Source: Desulfuromonas sp. (GTDB lineage: Bacteria > Desulfobacterota > Desulfuromonadia > Desulfuromonadales > Desulfuromonadaceae). Taken from it: 64,000 bases of DNA. The notes under the pieces were generated by a model. That model saw only the letters and a program-made list of their open reading frames with translations, searched no databases and was not told where the DNA came from. Positions 16,444 to 26,230 of the stretch are shown here, one piece after another. Numbering within the stretch: the first letter of the stretch is position 1; the number at the start of each line of letters is the position of its first letter. The position numbers and the translations under genes were made by a program. The DNA lies in the NCBI GenBank assembly GCA_002869685.1, contig PKUE01000146.1, positions 4,882-68,881 of the forward strand, read 5' to 3'.

Positions 16444-18036
16444 ATGCAAACTCTACCCGTAGTGTCCCAAGCGGTGCCATCGAGGGTTCCCTCGACCCGC
16501 AGTGACAGCAAAAATTTCGAAAATGATTTCTTGCCCACCCTGAACAGGGCTGAGGCCAAAACGGCTGCAAAGACAAGTGATGCTCAGGCCAGCCGTGCCA
16601 GCGAACGTTCCGAGCCAACCCCCAAACGTGAGCGGACGGAAGCCCGTCAGGATGCCGACACCGGTAAAGAGCGTGTTGTCGAAGCGGACCAGAAGGCGAA
16701 ACCGTCAGATGATGTCGATGTCGCTGAAGTGAGCGATGAGCAGAATACCGCACAGGCCGACGCGGCAACGACCGAGGATGGCCCCGCAGACGAGAACATC
16801 GTCGAATCCGATGAGAGCGATAGCGCCGTGGTGGCGAATTTCGCCGCGGTAAGTAACGAAGAGGTTTTGCCCGCTCCGGTTGCTGAAGAGCCCGTAGCCG
16901 TTGAAGGTGACGCGGTTGTAATGCAGGACATTGCCGAAGAGGCCGTCTCAGGACTTCCGGTGCAAGCCGAAGGCGACAAAGGGCTGAATGTGGCTGCTCA
17001 GAAGCAGGCTGACAATCATAACCGTCAGGAAGTTCACAAGGCAACGGCTCAAGCGCAAGACGTGGCAATTGAACCTCTTGACGATGAAGTGATCGCCCAG
17101 AAAGTCAAACAACAACTGGTGCAGCCGACCTCCATGAAGGCGGAATCTGTTCAGGTTGTCGCCGATGGCATGGGCAAGCTTAAAGAAACCGGATTTTCTC
17201 AGGTAGAGATTGTTGAAGGCCTTGATGATGTTGAAGTGGCCACTACCGAGAAGGCCGGTAAGGTTACCGATCCCCGCTTCGCCAGCCTGCTCAATCGACA
17301 GGATGTTGAAACGGTATTACGTCAGCGCCAGACCCCGGCGCAGGTTGCCGCGAATTCATCCGGCTTGTCCGCCAATGGTGGTGAAAAGATGGCCGAAACG
17401 CTGTTCGCTGCCACGACAAACGAAGGTGTTGCCGTCGATCCGGCCGCTAGCAACGTGGGTCCGGCGGTGGAAAATCTGTTGCAGCAGGGAGCGAAAGCGG
17501 GCAATGGCGGTGAACATCAGGCCGCAGCTCTGCACACTCAGGCCCAACCTGCAACCACAACGGCCACCACGTCAACATTTGCCCCGGGGCAGCGTCAGCC
17601 GGTGGCGGTACCCGACAGTCATATCGTCAATCAAACCGTTGAGCATCTTTCCATTCATGCCCGTGGTGAAAGTAGTACGGTTACGGTTCGCCTGCATCCA
17701 GAAGAACTCGGTGAGTTGCAGTTGCGCATGGTGATGGAAGGCGACCAACTTAAGGTTCATCTACACGCGCAGAGCCAGCAGGTTCAGGACGTTCTCGAAC
17801 GAAATTTCCCCCGTTTGCGTGATGCGTTACAGGATCAGGGCGTCACCGTCGAAGATTTTCAGGTGAGTGTCGATTCAGGAAACGCCGAGCAACAACAATC
17901 TTTTTCGCAACACTCTCAGAGCTCTGAGCGTGGACCCGTTGCCGTCACCATGGATCAGGATATGATGGCTCAAGTTGCCGAAGTCGTGCCCGGAGTGGCC
18001 CTCGACTCCAGCCAGGGAATTAGTGTGCGGATCTGA
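16444..18036 (+). CDS. fliK: Hook-length control protein FliK
   Basis: Long acidic low-complexity N-terminus; C-terminal 'VTVRLHPEELGELQLRM...LERNFPRLRDALQDQG'. Confidence 0.92.
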   Translation: MQTLPVVSQAVPSRVPSTRSDSKNFENDFLPTLNRAEAKTAAKTSDAQASRASERSEPTPKRERTEARQDADTGKERVVEADQKAKPSDDVDVAEVSDEQNTAQADAATTEDGPADENIVESDESDSAVVANFAAVSNEEVLPAPVAEEPVAVEGDAVVMQDIAEEAVSGLPVQAEGDKGLNVAAQKQADNHNRQEVHKATAQAQDVAIEPLDDEVIAQKVKQQLVQPTSMKAESVQVVADGMGKLKETGFSQVEIVEGLDDVEVATTEKAGKVTDPRFASLLNRQDVETVLRQRQTPAQVAANSSGLSANGGEKMAETLFAATTNEGVAVDPAASNVGPAVENLLQQGAKAGNGGEHQAAALHTQAQPATTTATTSTFAPGQRQPVAVPDSHIVNQTVEHLSIHARGESSTVTVRLHPEELGELQLRMVMEGDQLKVHLHAQSQQVQDVLERNFPRLRDALQDQGVTVEDFQVSVDSGNAEQQQSFSQHSQSSERGPVAVTMDQDMMAQVAEVVPGVALDSSQGISVRI

Positions 18037-18053
18037 TCCGCAGGAGGTAAGCG

Positions 18054-18713
18054 ATGGCAGAAGTCACGAGTGCAACACATTCCAATGCCCAGTTAAGCTC
18101 GGCATTGTCGACAGGGGCCAATGCCTTGGGGAAAGAAGATTTTCTGACCCTGATGGTCGAGCAGCTCAAGAATCAGGATCCCATGAACCCTTCCGACGCG
18201 ACCGAGTTTACTGCACAGCTCGCTCAGTTTAGTTCATTGGAGCAGTTGTTCAACGTTAATGACAATCTCGAGAGTATGGGCAATACCTCGGCAGAGGTGC
18301 AGCGCCTGTCGGCACTGGCCATGATTGGCACAGACGTGGTGACTGCATCCTCGGAGTTCAAGTTTTCAGGCGGAGAGATTCAGTTTGGTTATGAACTGGA
18401 TGCCCCTGCTTCGGAAGGCAGTTTGTATATCCGTGATGCTGCGGGGAACACGGTAGCGTCATATCCTCTGACCGAGCTCGATGCCGGACGGCATTACGTG
18501 GCCTGGGACGGGACCGACAACAACGGCAAGATGTTGCCGGATGGCAACTATACCTTGGGTGTCTCTGCCTACAGTGGCGATGACGCCGTCGCGACCACGG
18601 CGATGATCCGCAGCCGGGTGATCGGAGTGGATCTGGTCGACGGGGCAGATGTGCTGGTGACCAGTTCTGGCGATTTCAGTCTGGCCGAGGTCGAAAGCGT
18701 TCGCGGTTTTTAA
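18054..18713 (+). CDS. flgD: Hook capping protein FlgD
   Basis: LGKEDFLTLMVEQLKNQDPMNP, QLAQFSSLEQL, WDGTDNNG. Confidence 0.97.
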   Translation: MAEVTSATHSNAQLSSALSTGANALGKEDFLTLMVEQLKNQDPMNPSDATEFTAQLAQFSSLEQLFNVNDNLESMGNTSAEVQRLSALAMIGTDVVTASSEFKFSGGEIQFGYELDAPASEGSLYIRDAAGNTVASYPLTELDAGRHYVAWDGTDNNGKMLPDGNYTLGVSAYSGDDAVATTAMIRSRVIGVDLVDGADVLVTSSGDFSLAEVESVRGF

Positions 18714-18808
18714 AATTTCACAGATAAACGTACACATTTAACCGGGCCGGTCCTCGTGTAGGGGGCCCGCGACAAGCCACCGTCTGTGGCGTGTCAAGGG
18801 AGGAAAAT

Positions 18809-20293
18809 ATGGGAATCCAGAGTTCATTGTTTAGTGGTGTCAGTGGTCTGAATGCAAACGGTAATGCGCTGACAGTTTTAGGTAACAATATCGCCAACAG
18901 TAATACGATCGGCTTTAAGTCCAGTCGGACAATTTTCTCCGACCTGCTTTCTGCTGAAATTGCCGGTTCCGGTGGAACCTCCCAGGTTGGTCGTGGTGCC
19001 GGTTTATCCACGGTCGATAATATCTTCAGTCAGGGGACTTTTGAGACGACTGAGTCTAATACTGACCTCGCCATTGAGGGACCGGGCTTCTTTATGGTCA
19101 GTGATCCCAATGAGGCGGCGGTTTATTATACCCGTGCCGGTGCATTTAATTTTGATGAAACCGGAACTCTGGTTAATCCCGAAGGTTATGCCGTTCAAGG
19201 TTATTACCTGAACAATGATGGGGAGACCGTTGGTGACCTCACGGCCCTGCAGATTGAAACCCGTTCTTTTTCTCCAGCGAATGCCACAACTCAGATCACT
19301 CTGGCAACCAACCTGAATGCCAATGCGCCTTATCTGGGCGATGCGGGTGACGGGGTGTCGCCGTTCGATATTACAGATCCTGCTGATACCAGTAACTATG
19401 CGTCCTCCGTGCGTATTTTTGACTCTCTGGGGCGTGAGCATCTGGTAACAACCTATTTTAACAAGCTGGATACGGCCAGCAATCCGGATGGCATCATGCA
19501 GTGGGAATCGCACACGGTTGTGTCTGCTGCCGATGTTTTGGAAACTCCGGGTGATGTTGAATTCGTCGAGATTGCACGTGGCATTCTGTCGTTTGACACC
19601 GGTGGTCGTCTGGTCAACGTGAAGGATATCAGCGCAACGATCGATCCGGATGGTGACCCGTCGACGTATTCTCCATCGACGGATGCGGATCGTACTTATG
19701 ATTCGGGCGGCGATCTTTATGCGACGACGGCGACACCGGATCCGGTAACGGGTGATGCCTACCCACTGACCACAGATGTTGATACCATTGATCCCGCCCC
19801 TGCGGTCGAAACGAGCCTGAATGCTTTGAGTTGGGTCAATGAGGCCGAGTCGACTCAGCAGTTTACCATGACGTTTGATGCGACCCAGTATTCCAGCGAG
19901 TCAGATGTTATTTCTCAGTCTCAAGACGGTTATGCCACGGGAACCCTGGTCAGCCTGACGATCGATAACGATGGCAATATTCTGGGCAACTATTCCAACG
20001 GTGAACCGCGCAAACTGGCCCGGGTTGCACTGGCCAAGTTCTCCAATCCCGTTGGTCTGGCGAAAGCAGGGAACAACCTCTACGAAGCGACCGATGATTC
20101 CGGTACGGCGATTGTTGGTACCGTCGGTTCCGGTGTTGGTAAAATCTTTACCAACTCGCTGGAAATGTCTAATGTCGACTTGGCTCAGGAGTTTGTTAAA
20201 ATGATCACCACACAACGTGGTTTTCAGGCCAACTCAAAAATCATCACGACAACGGATGAATTGTTGGGCGAACTGATCAATTTGAAGCGTTAG
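18809..20293 (+). CDS. flgE: Hook protein FlgE
   Basis: GNNIANSNTIGFK, DLAIEGPGFF, YTRAGAF, LEMSNVDLAQEF; ATG behind a GGGAGG RBS. Confidence 0.97.
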   Translation: MGIQSSLFSGVSGLNANGNALTVLGNNIANSNTIGFKSSRTIFSDLLSAEIAGSGGTSQVGRGAGLSTVDNIFSQGTFETTESNTDLAIEGPGFFMVSDPNEAAVYYTRAGAFNFDETGTLVNPEGYAVQGYYLNNDGETVGDLTALQIETRSFSPANATTQITLATNLNANAPYLGDAGDGVSPFDITDPADTSNYASSVRIFDSLGREHLVTTYFNKLDTASNPDGIMQWESHTVVSAADVLETPGDVEFVEIARGILSFDTGGRLVNVKDISATIDPDGDPSTYSPSTDADRTYDSGGDLYATTATPDPVTGDAYPLTTDVDTIDPAPAVETSLNALSWVNEAESTQQFTMTFDATQYSSESDVISQSQDGYATGTLVSLTIDNDGNILGNYSNGEPRKLARVALAKFSNPVGLAKAGNNLYEATDDSGTAIVGTVGSGVGKIFTNSLEMSNVDLAQEFVKMITTQRGFQANSKIITTTDELLGELINLKR

Positions 20294-20327
20294 AAATTTC
20301 AGGGTGAGTCCCTGATTCGATAAACTT

Positions 20328-20368
20328 AAAATGCCGGAAAAACCCTGTGTGAGTTTTTTCGGCATTTT
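20328..20368 (+). terminator. Hairpin/terminator after flgE
   Basis: AAAATGCCGGAAAAAC-N9-GTTTTTTCGGCATTTT. Confidence 0.65.
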
Positions 20369-20517
20369 TCTATCTAGGCGAAAATAAAAAGCTATTTATC
20401 TGTTTCATATCCGGTGATATCGGTGTAAAATAGCCGTTTAATAAAAGAAAAAGACAACATGGATGTGTGTTTTTCGGATTTTTTTCGGATAGTGACCAGC
20501 TGAGGGTTGAGCTTGTT

Positions 20518-21285
20518 ATGGATATTTCAACAATATTAGGTGCTGTTGCGGCATTTGGCCTGATGATTGCCGCCATGATGAATGGTGGCTCCATTCTGTT
20601 GTTCATCGACCCGGCTTCATTGATGATTGTTGGCGGTGGGACTGTTGGCTCAACCTTGATCCACTATCCGTTTAAAGAATTCTTTCGTGCGATTTCCGTC
20701 GCCAAAAAGACTCTGTTTCATAAAGAACAGGCCCCTGGAGAAATTATTGCCCAGCTGATCGAGTATGCCGGCAAAGCTCGTAAAGAGGGGATATTATCGC
20801 TGCAGTCGGTGATGTCGAAGGTCGAAGATCCGTTCTTCCTCAAAGGGTTGCAGATGGCCGTTGATGGTCAAGAGCCCGAAGCGCTTAGAGAGATGATGGA
20901 GCGCGAACTGGAATATGTGCAGGAGCGGCATGAAAGTGGTGCCGATATCTTCACCACCATGGCTGCCTACGCTCCGGCAATGGGGATGATCGGAACCCTG
21001 ATCGGTCTGGTGCAGATGCTGCAGACTATGGATGACCCCGCATCAATCGGCCCAGCGATGGCCGTTGCCTTGTTGACCACCTTCTATGGTGCCGTGGCGG
21101 CAAACGTTCTTTTTACCCCCATGGCGGGTAAATTGAAGCACCGCTCCGCATCTGAAATGTTATGCAAAACCCTGATTGCCGAGGGGATGAATTCCATTCT
21201 CGCCGGTGAAAACCCACGGGTGATGGAGCAACGTCTGCATGCGTTTGTGGCGCCTAATTTGCGCGAGAGCAACTTTAAAAAATAA
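20518..21285 (+). CDS. motA: Stator protein MotA (PomA/MotP-like)
   Basis: ARKEGILSL, APAMGMIGTLIGLVQML, ALLTTFYG; probable ATG at 20518. Confidence 0.95.
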   Translation: MDISTILGAVAAFGLMIAAMMNGGSILLFIDPASLMIVGGGTVGSTLIHYPFKEFFRAISVAKKTLFHKEQAPGEIIAQLIEYAGKARKEGILSLQSVMSKVEDPFFLKGLQMAVDGQEPEALREMMERELEYVQERHESGADIFTTMAAYAPAMGMIGTLIGLVQMLQTMDDPASIGPAMAVALLTTFYGAVAANVLFTPMAGKLKHRSASEMLCKTLIAEGMNSILAGENPRVMEQRLHAFVAPNLRESNFKK

Positions 21286-21320
21286 CGATCGGGCAATGAC
21301 CTGGTTGCTGGAGTTGAACA

Positions 21321-22061
21321 GTGGCTAAAAAACCGAAAAAACAGTCGGGCGGCGCCCCAGAGTGGATGGTTACCTACAGTGATATGGTAACCCTGCTGCT
21401 GACTTTTTTCGTATTGCTGCTGTCGATGGCTAATATGGACCAGATCAAGTTCAGTCAGGCTGCCGGTTCGCTCAAGGGAGCGTTTGGTGTGTTCGGTGGC
21501 AAAGACCGCAAGGAGATCTCGCCACCGAGCCTGGTGGAGATCGCTCCGGTTCATGACGATCTGGTGCAGCGGCTCTATTCACGGATCATGACCCAGATGA
21601 ACCGTCTGCGTCTTGATCCCTCCATCAAACTTGTCAAGGATCGTGGTGCGGTGATTTTGCAGGTGAATGATTCGATCCTGTTCACCCCCGGTTCGTCAAC
21701 GCTGAAAACCGAGGCCTACCCGGTGCTGGCCAAGGTGGCCGAATTGATCCGGCCTTTGCCGCTGTCGGCGCGGATCGAGGGGCATACCGATGATATCCCT
21801 TTTGGCCGCGAGGATATGAGCAACTGGGACTTGTCCGTTGCCCGTTCGGTTTCGGTGTTGAAATATTTTCAGAAAAACTATCTGTTGCCTTTAAGCCGCA
21901 TGTCGGCGGTCGGCTATGGCTCGGAACGACCGCTGGTTCCCAATGATTCTCCGGAAAACCGGGCAAAAAACCGGCGGGTTGAATTTGTTCTGGAGAGCTT
22001 GGGCGATTACCGTGAGGAGTTGCCGTATCTGATCGATGCCAATGAACAGCTGCCGTTTTAG
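21321..22061 (+). CDS. motB: Stator protein MotB
   Basis: WMVTYSDMVTLLLTFFVLL, OmpA-like IEGHTDD, NWDLSVAR, NRRVE. Confidence 0.96.
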   Translation: MAKKPKKQSGGAPEWMVTYSDMVTLLLTFFVLLLSMANMDQIKFSQAAGSLKGAFGVFGGKDRKEISPPSLVEIAPVHDDLVQRLYSRIMTQMNRLRLDPSIKLVKDRGAVILQVNDSILFTPGSSTLKTEAYPVLAKVAELIRPLPLSARIEGHTDDIPFGREDMSNWDLSVARSVSVLKYFQKNYLLPLSRMSAVGYGSERPLVPNDSPENRAKNRRVEFVLESLGDYREELPYLIDANEQLPF

Positions 22062-22147
22062 ACGGTGGTCGCGCTAGGCATAGTGTAAGTATCGGGCTGT
22101 TTAGGCCTTAGATAAACCAATGAGTCACAAGGAAGGGCTTGAGTGTT

Positions 22148-22636
22148 ATGGCTGATGAGGAGAAGCAAGAAGGTAAAGGCGGCAAGAGTAAAATGATGCT
22201 GTTTGTGATCCTGGGGGTTGTCATCCTGCTGGTCGCAGTTGGTGTCGCCGCCTACCTGCTCGGATCACGCTCGGCTCAGGACGCCGCCCCTGCTGAATCT
22301 GCCCAAGTGGAAGATACCTCCACGGCGGAAGGGGTCGGTCCCATGGTGGATATTACCGACTTTATTATCAACATCCTCGACAAAAACGAAACGCGTTACC
22401 TCAAGGCGGCCATTACGCTGGAACTGGAAAATGAGGAAACTGTAGCAGAAGTCAACGAGCGGATGCCGCAAATTCGCGATTCGGTTCTTTTACTGGTCGG
22501 AAACAAGACCTTTGCCGAACTCAACGATCTTCAGGGGAAATTGCAGTTGCGGGCTGAAATCATTGTCCGTCTGAACAAGTTGCTTAAAAAAGGTAAGGTC
22601 AAAGGTATTTACTTCACTGAGTTTGTCGTGCAATAG
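22148..22636 (+). CDS. fliL: FliL
   Basis: N-terminal TM segment; PQIRDSVLLL, IYFTEFVVQ. Confidence 0.95.
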   Translation: MADEEKQEGKGGKSKMMLFVILGVVILLVAVGVAAYLLGSRSAQDAAPAESAQVEDTSTAEGVGPMVDITDFIINILDKNETRYLKAAITLELENEETVAEVNERMPQIRDSVLLLVGNKTFAELNDLQGKLQLRAEIIVRLNKLLKKGKVKGIYFTEFVVQ

Positions 22637-22645
22637 GGGGCGTGC

Positions 22646-23635
22646 TTGGAGCGGATTCTCTCCAAAGATGAAATTGCCGAACTGTTATCGGCTGTTAAAG
22701 ATGGCACTCTCGACACGGAACTCGAAAGTTCTGATGAGGATTATTCCGCCCCAGCGCGGACGGTTTCCGGCTTCAGTCTGGTCCAGAATAAAAGCCAATC
22801 GGCGACCCGTCTGGCCAACTTCGACATCGTCCTCGATGCGTTTGCCCGTAATCTTTCCTTTTCTTTGTCCAATCGGTTGCAGCGCGCCGTCAGTGTTCTG
22901 CGGGAGAGTATCTCTTCCATGGAGTATGAAACGCTGATCCACGAATGCAGCAACCACGAGCTCTACGGCATCATCAGCCTTGATCCGTTGAAAAAGAACG
23001 GTTTATTTATTTTTGATGCCAGCATTTCATTTGCCCAGGTTGAGATTATGCTGGGTGGTGTGGCCGAGCATGCCGGCGACATTCCTCGCCGGGGGATGAC
23101 CACCATTGAAGTCAACATCATCAAAGATGTGATTAAGGAAGGGTGTCTGGAGCTCAATAAAGCGTTTTCCCCCATTGAACCCCTGGAAGCGGATCTGGTG
23201 CGGGTCGAGAGCAATCCGCGCCTGGTGACCATTGTCCCTTCCGATACCGAGATGATGGTGGCGTCTTTCCGGGTCAAGATTAACGAGGTCAGCGGCTTGT
23301 TGCGCCTGGCTATTCCCTATTCCTCTCTGGATCCCATTCGGGAAAAACTTAAAAGTGAATTAGGGGCCAGTACTCCAGGCGGGCAGTGGCGCAGCCATCT
23401 GGTGCAGGAAGTTGAGGAAATGGATGTTTCCGTTGCTGCCCGGTTGGCAAAAATCACCCTGACCGTTCGCGATATCCTTGATTTGCGCGTTGGGGATGTG
23501 CTGCAACTGGATTGCTCACCGGATCAACCGGTTGCGGTGCTGGTCGAGGGAAAAGCCAAGTTCTCCGGTCTGGCCGGATTGCGTGACGGCAAAAAAGCGG
23601 TACGCGTCTTAGAACGTTCGAAAATGAGGAGATAA
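22646..23635 (+). CDS. fliM: Motor switch protein FliM
   Basis: ILSKDEIAELL CheY-binding motif; C-terminal SpoA domain. Confidence 0.93.
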   Translation: MERILSKDEIAELLSAVKDGTLDTELESSDEDYSAPARTVSGFSLVQNKSQSATRLANFDIVLDAFARNLSFSLSNRLQRAVSVLRESISSMEYETLIHECSNHELYGIISLDPLKKNGLFIFDASISFAQVEIMLGGVAEHAGDIPRRGMTTIEVNIIKDVIKEGCLELNKAFSPIEPLEADLVRVESNPRLVTIVPSDTEMMVASFRVKINEVSGLLRLAIPYSSLDPIREKLKSELGASTPGGQWRSHLVQEVEEMDVSVAARLAKITLTVRDILDLRVGDVLQLDCSPDQPVAVLVEGKAKFSGLAGLRDGKKAVRVLERSKMRR

Positions 23636-23639
23636 TCTG

Positions 23640-23963
23640 ATGGAAGAGACCGAAGCGGTTCCCAATCCGACTCCGGAAACGGCCGAAGCTCACGATGAAG
23701 ATCTGAAAAATCTGGAACTGCTCCTGGATATTCCTCTCGATGTGTCGATTGAGGTCGGCCGATCGAAGATCCTGGTGCGTGAATTGTTGCAGATGGATGA
23801 AGGCTATGTCATCGAGCTGGGTAAGAACGCCAATGAACCATTGGATGTTTATGTCAATTCACGTTTGATTGCCCGTGGTGAAGTGGTTCTCGTGAATGAC
23901 AAGCTGGGGTTGCGGCTGACCGATGTTATCAGCCCTGCCGAGCGCATAGAGAAACTGGCCTGA
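23640..23963 (+). CDS. fliN: Motor switch protein FliN
   Basis: LLLDIPLDVSIEVGR, IARGEVVLVNDKLGLR. Confidence 0.96.
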   Translation: MEETEAVPNPTPETAEAHDEDLKNLELLLDIPLDVSIEVGRSKILVRELLQMDEGYVIELGKNANEPLDVYVNSRLIARGEVVLVNDKLGLRLTDVISPAERIEKLA

Positions 23964-23968
23964 TTGTT

Positions 23969-24349
23969 GTGAAGCCTTTTCTGTTCAGCCTGATTCTGAC
24001 CGGCTGGTCCGCATGTGCCTGGGCAACTCAGGACGCTGATTTGGCCTTGGTGCCGATGAGTTTGAAGGTTCTGGCCGCGCTGGCCATCGTGCTCGGCATC
24101 GTGTTGTTGTTGTATGCCCTGTTAAAGCGGGGACATCTGGTGCCGTTGGCGAAAAACGGTGCGATTCAGGTTGTTGAAGTGCGTCATCTGGCGCCCAAAA
24201 AAACACTCTATCTCATCGAAGTCCGTGGTCGCTCCATACTGGTCGGGGCTACGGCAGAGCGGCTGGAAACTCTGGCGCAGTGGCCGACAGAAGATTCCGC
24301 TCGGTTTGCAGACGTCCTGGAGCAGCAACAGGATGGAGATGACGAATGA
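23969..24349 (+). CDS. fliO: FliO
   Basis: TM segment followed by 'IQVVEVRHLAPKKTLYLIEV..ILVG'. Confidence 0.9.
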   Translation: MKPFLFSLILTGWSACAWATQDADLALVPMSLKVLAALAIVLGIVLLLYALLKRGHLVPLAKNGAIQVVEVRHLAPKKTLYLIEVRGRSILVGATAERLETLAQWPTEDSARFADVLEQQQDGDDE

Positions 24350-25086
24350 AACGGTTTCTTGCGGTAGCGACCATTGCCGGGAGTCTGATTCCGACAGCCA
24401 CTCAGGCGATTGACCTGCCGACAATTACGTTGGGGGTGCAGAATGCCGCAACGCCTAATGAGGTTTCCACTGCGGTACAGATTCTGCTGGTTTTAACCAT
24501 CCTCTCGGTCGCTCCGGCGATTCTGTTGATGACTACCGCCTTTGTGCGGGTTGTCGTGGTGCTGTCATTTGTCCGTCAGGCCATGGGTACTCAGCAGATG
24601 CCGCCGAATCAGGTGATCGTTGGTTTATCGCTGTTTCTGACGTTTTTCATCATGTCGCCGGTGTACAGTGTCGTCAATGAACGCGCGGTGCAGCCCTATC
24701 TGGACGGAAAAATTGATCAAGCTCAGGCGTTGACCGAAGCGGTGGATCCGGTGCGCGAGTTCATGTATGGCCAGACGCGGGAAAAAGACCTGGCCCTGCT
24801 GATCAATATTGCTGGCGACGATCAGCCCCAGACCATGGCTGATGTGCCAACCACGACGTTGATTCCGGCTTTTATGTTGTCTGAACTCAACCGTGCGTTT
24901 CAGATCGGCTTTATGATCTATATCCCATTTCTGGTGATCGATATGGTTGTCGCTTCGGTCCTGATGTCAATGGGGATGATGATGTTGCCGCCGCCGATCA
25001 TTTCGCTGCCGTTCAAGCTGTTGCTGTTTGTGCTGGTGGATGGCTGGGGCTTGGTTGTGGGGTCACTCGTGAAGAGTTTTTCCTGA
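24346..25086 (+). CDS. fliP: FliP
   Basis: RQAMGTQQMPPNQV, LIPAFMLSEL, MMMLPP. Confidence 0.97.
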   Translation: MKRFLAVATIAGSLIPTATQAIDLPTITLGVQNAATPNEVSTAVQILLVLTILSVAPAILLMTTAFVRVVVVLSFVRQAMGTQQMPPNQVIVGLSLFLTFFIMSPVYSVVNERAVQPYLDGKIDQAQALTEAVDPVREFMYGQTREKDLALLINIAGDDQPQTMADVPTTTLIPAFMLSELNRAFQIGFMIYIPFLVIDMVVASVLMSMGMMMLPPPIISLPFKLLLFVLVDGWGLVVGSLVKSFS

Positions 25087-25128
25087 TCTCTTTCTGCGCA
25101 ATGACAACTTTGAACGAAGGAGAACGCC

Positions 25129-25398
25129 ATGACACCCGAATTTGTCATTGATCTGGGACGCAACGCGGTCAAGACTGTGTTATTGATTTCATCGCCCATG
25201 TTGCTGTCGGGGTTGATCATCGGTCTGTTGGTTAGTATCTTCCAGGCTGCTACCCAGATCAATGAACAGACCATGACATTTATTCCCAAAATTGTTGCGG
25301 TACTTGTGTCGCTGATCCTGTTTGCGCCATGGATCATCCGAGTCATGCTGGCCTTTACCCAAAATGTGTTTCAGGGCATTACGCTGCTCGGGGGCTAG
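25129..25398 (+). CDS. fliQ: FliQ
   Basis: IFQAATQINEQTMTFIPK. Confidence 0.97.
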   Translation: MTPEFVIDLGRNAVKTVLLISSPMLLSGLIIGLLVSIFQAATQINEQTMTFIPKIVAVLVSLILFAPWIIRVMLAFTQNVFQGITLLGG

Positions 25399-25404
25399 GT
25401 CACC

Positions 25405-26187
25405 GTGGAGTTATTGCTCTTTCCCGTCGCCAAATTGCAACTGATCCTTATCTGTCTGGCCCGCGTTGCGGCGATTCTCGGCAGCATGCCGGTTTTTGGC
25501 AGTGGCCAGGTGCCGGCCCGTGTCAAAACCATGCTGGCGATCTTTGTTACCCTGCTGATTTTTCCCCTGGTAGAACCCGGCTTACCCAATTATTCGTTTG
25601 CTCCATTGCCTTTGATGTTGCTGGTCGCCAATGAAGCACTGTTGGGAATCATGATGGGATTTATCGCCCGGCTGATTTTTACAGCGGTGGAGTTTGGTGG
25701 CACCATTGTCGGTTACCAGATGGGGTTCGCAGCGGCGAACGTGTATGATCCGCAAAACCAACGACAGGTGTCACTGGTCTCGCAATTTCAGAATGTGTTT
25801 GCCATCCTGGTTTTTCTGGCTCTGGATGTGCATCATATTTTTCTCGAAGTTCTTGTTGATTCGTACCGGATACTGCCGCCGGGGCTGCTGGATTTTTCGA
25901 GCGAAGCCGTGCCGTTTATTATGGAACTGACCGGGAATATGTTTGTCCTGGCGATCCGCTTCAGCGCTCCGGTGTTGGCGGTGCTGTTACTTTCTGGTCT
26001 GGTGCTGGGAATCCTGGCGCGGGTTTTTCCCCAGTTGAACGTCTTTTTATTGTCATTTCCGATTAATATCGGCATGGCCTTTGTCATCATCGGCCTGACC
26101 ATGAATCTGGTTGTGGCTCTGCTCAGCCGTGAGTTTTTCACGCTGCCGGAAACCTTTGAACAGCTGATGATTTATTTGCGCGGGTGA
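25405..26187 (+). CDS. fliR: FliR
   Basis: GYQMGFAAANVYDP, RVFPQLNVF. Confidence 0.97.
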   Translation: MELLLFPVAKLQLILICLARVAAILGSMPVFGSGQVPARVKTMLAIFVTLLIFPLVEPGLPNYSFAPLPLMLLVANEALLGIMMGFIARLIFTAVEFGGTIVGYQMGFAAANVYDPQNQRQVSLVSQFQNVFAILVFLALDVHHIFLEVLVDSYRILPPGLLDFSSEAVPFIMELTGNMFVLAIRFSAPVLAVLLLSGLVLGILARVFPQLNVFLLSFPINIGMAFVIIGLTMNLVVALLSREFFTLPETFEQLMIYLRG

Positions 26188-26230
26188 CGCGCTGAACCGA
26201 TGGGCCTGATGCCCGGAAACGCAGGTGGGG

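Noticed and set aside
16319-17068. 249-aa Arg/Pro-rich minus-strand ORF
   Set aside because: Antisense to the low-complexity part of fliK
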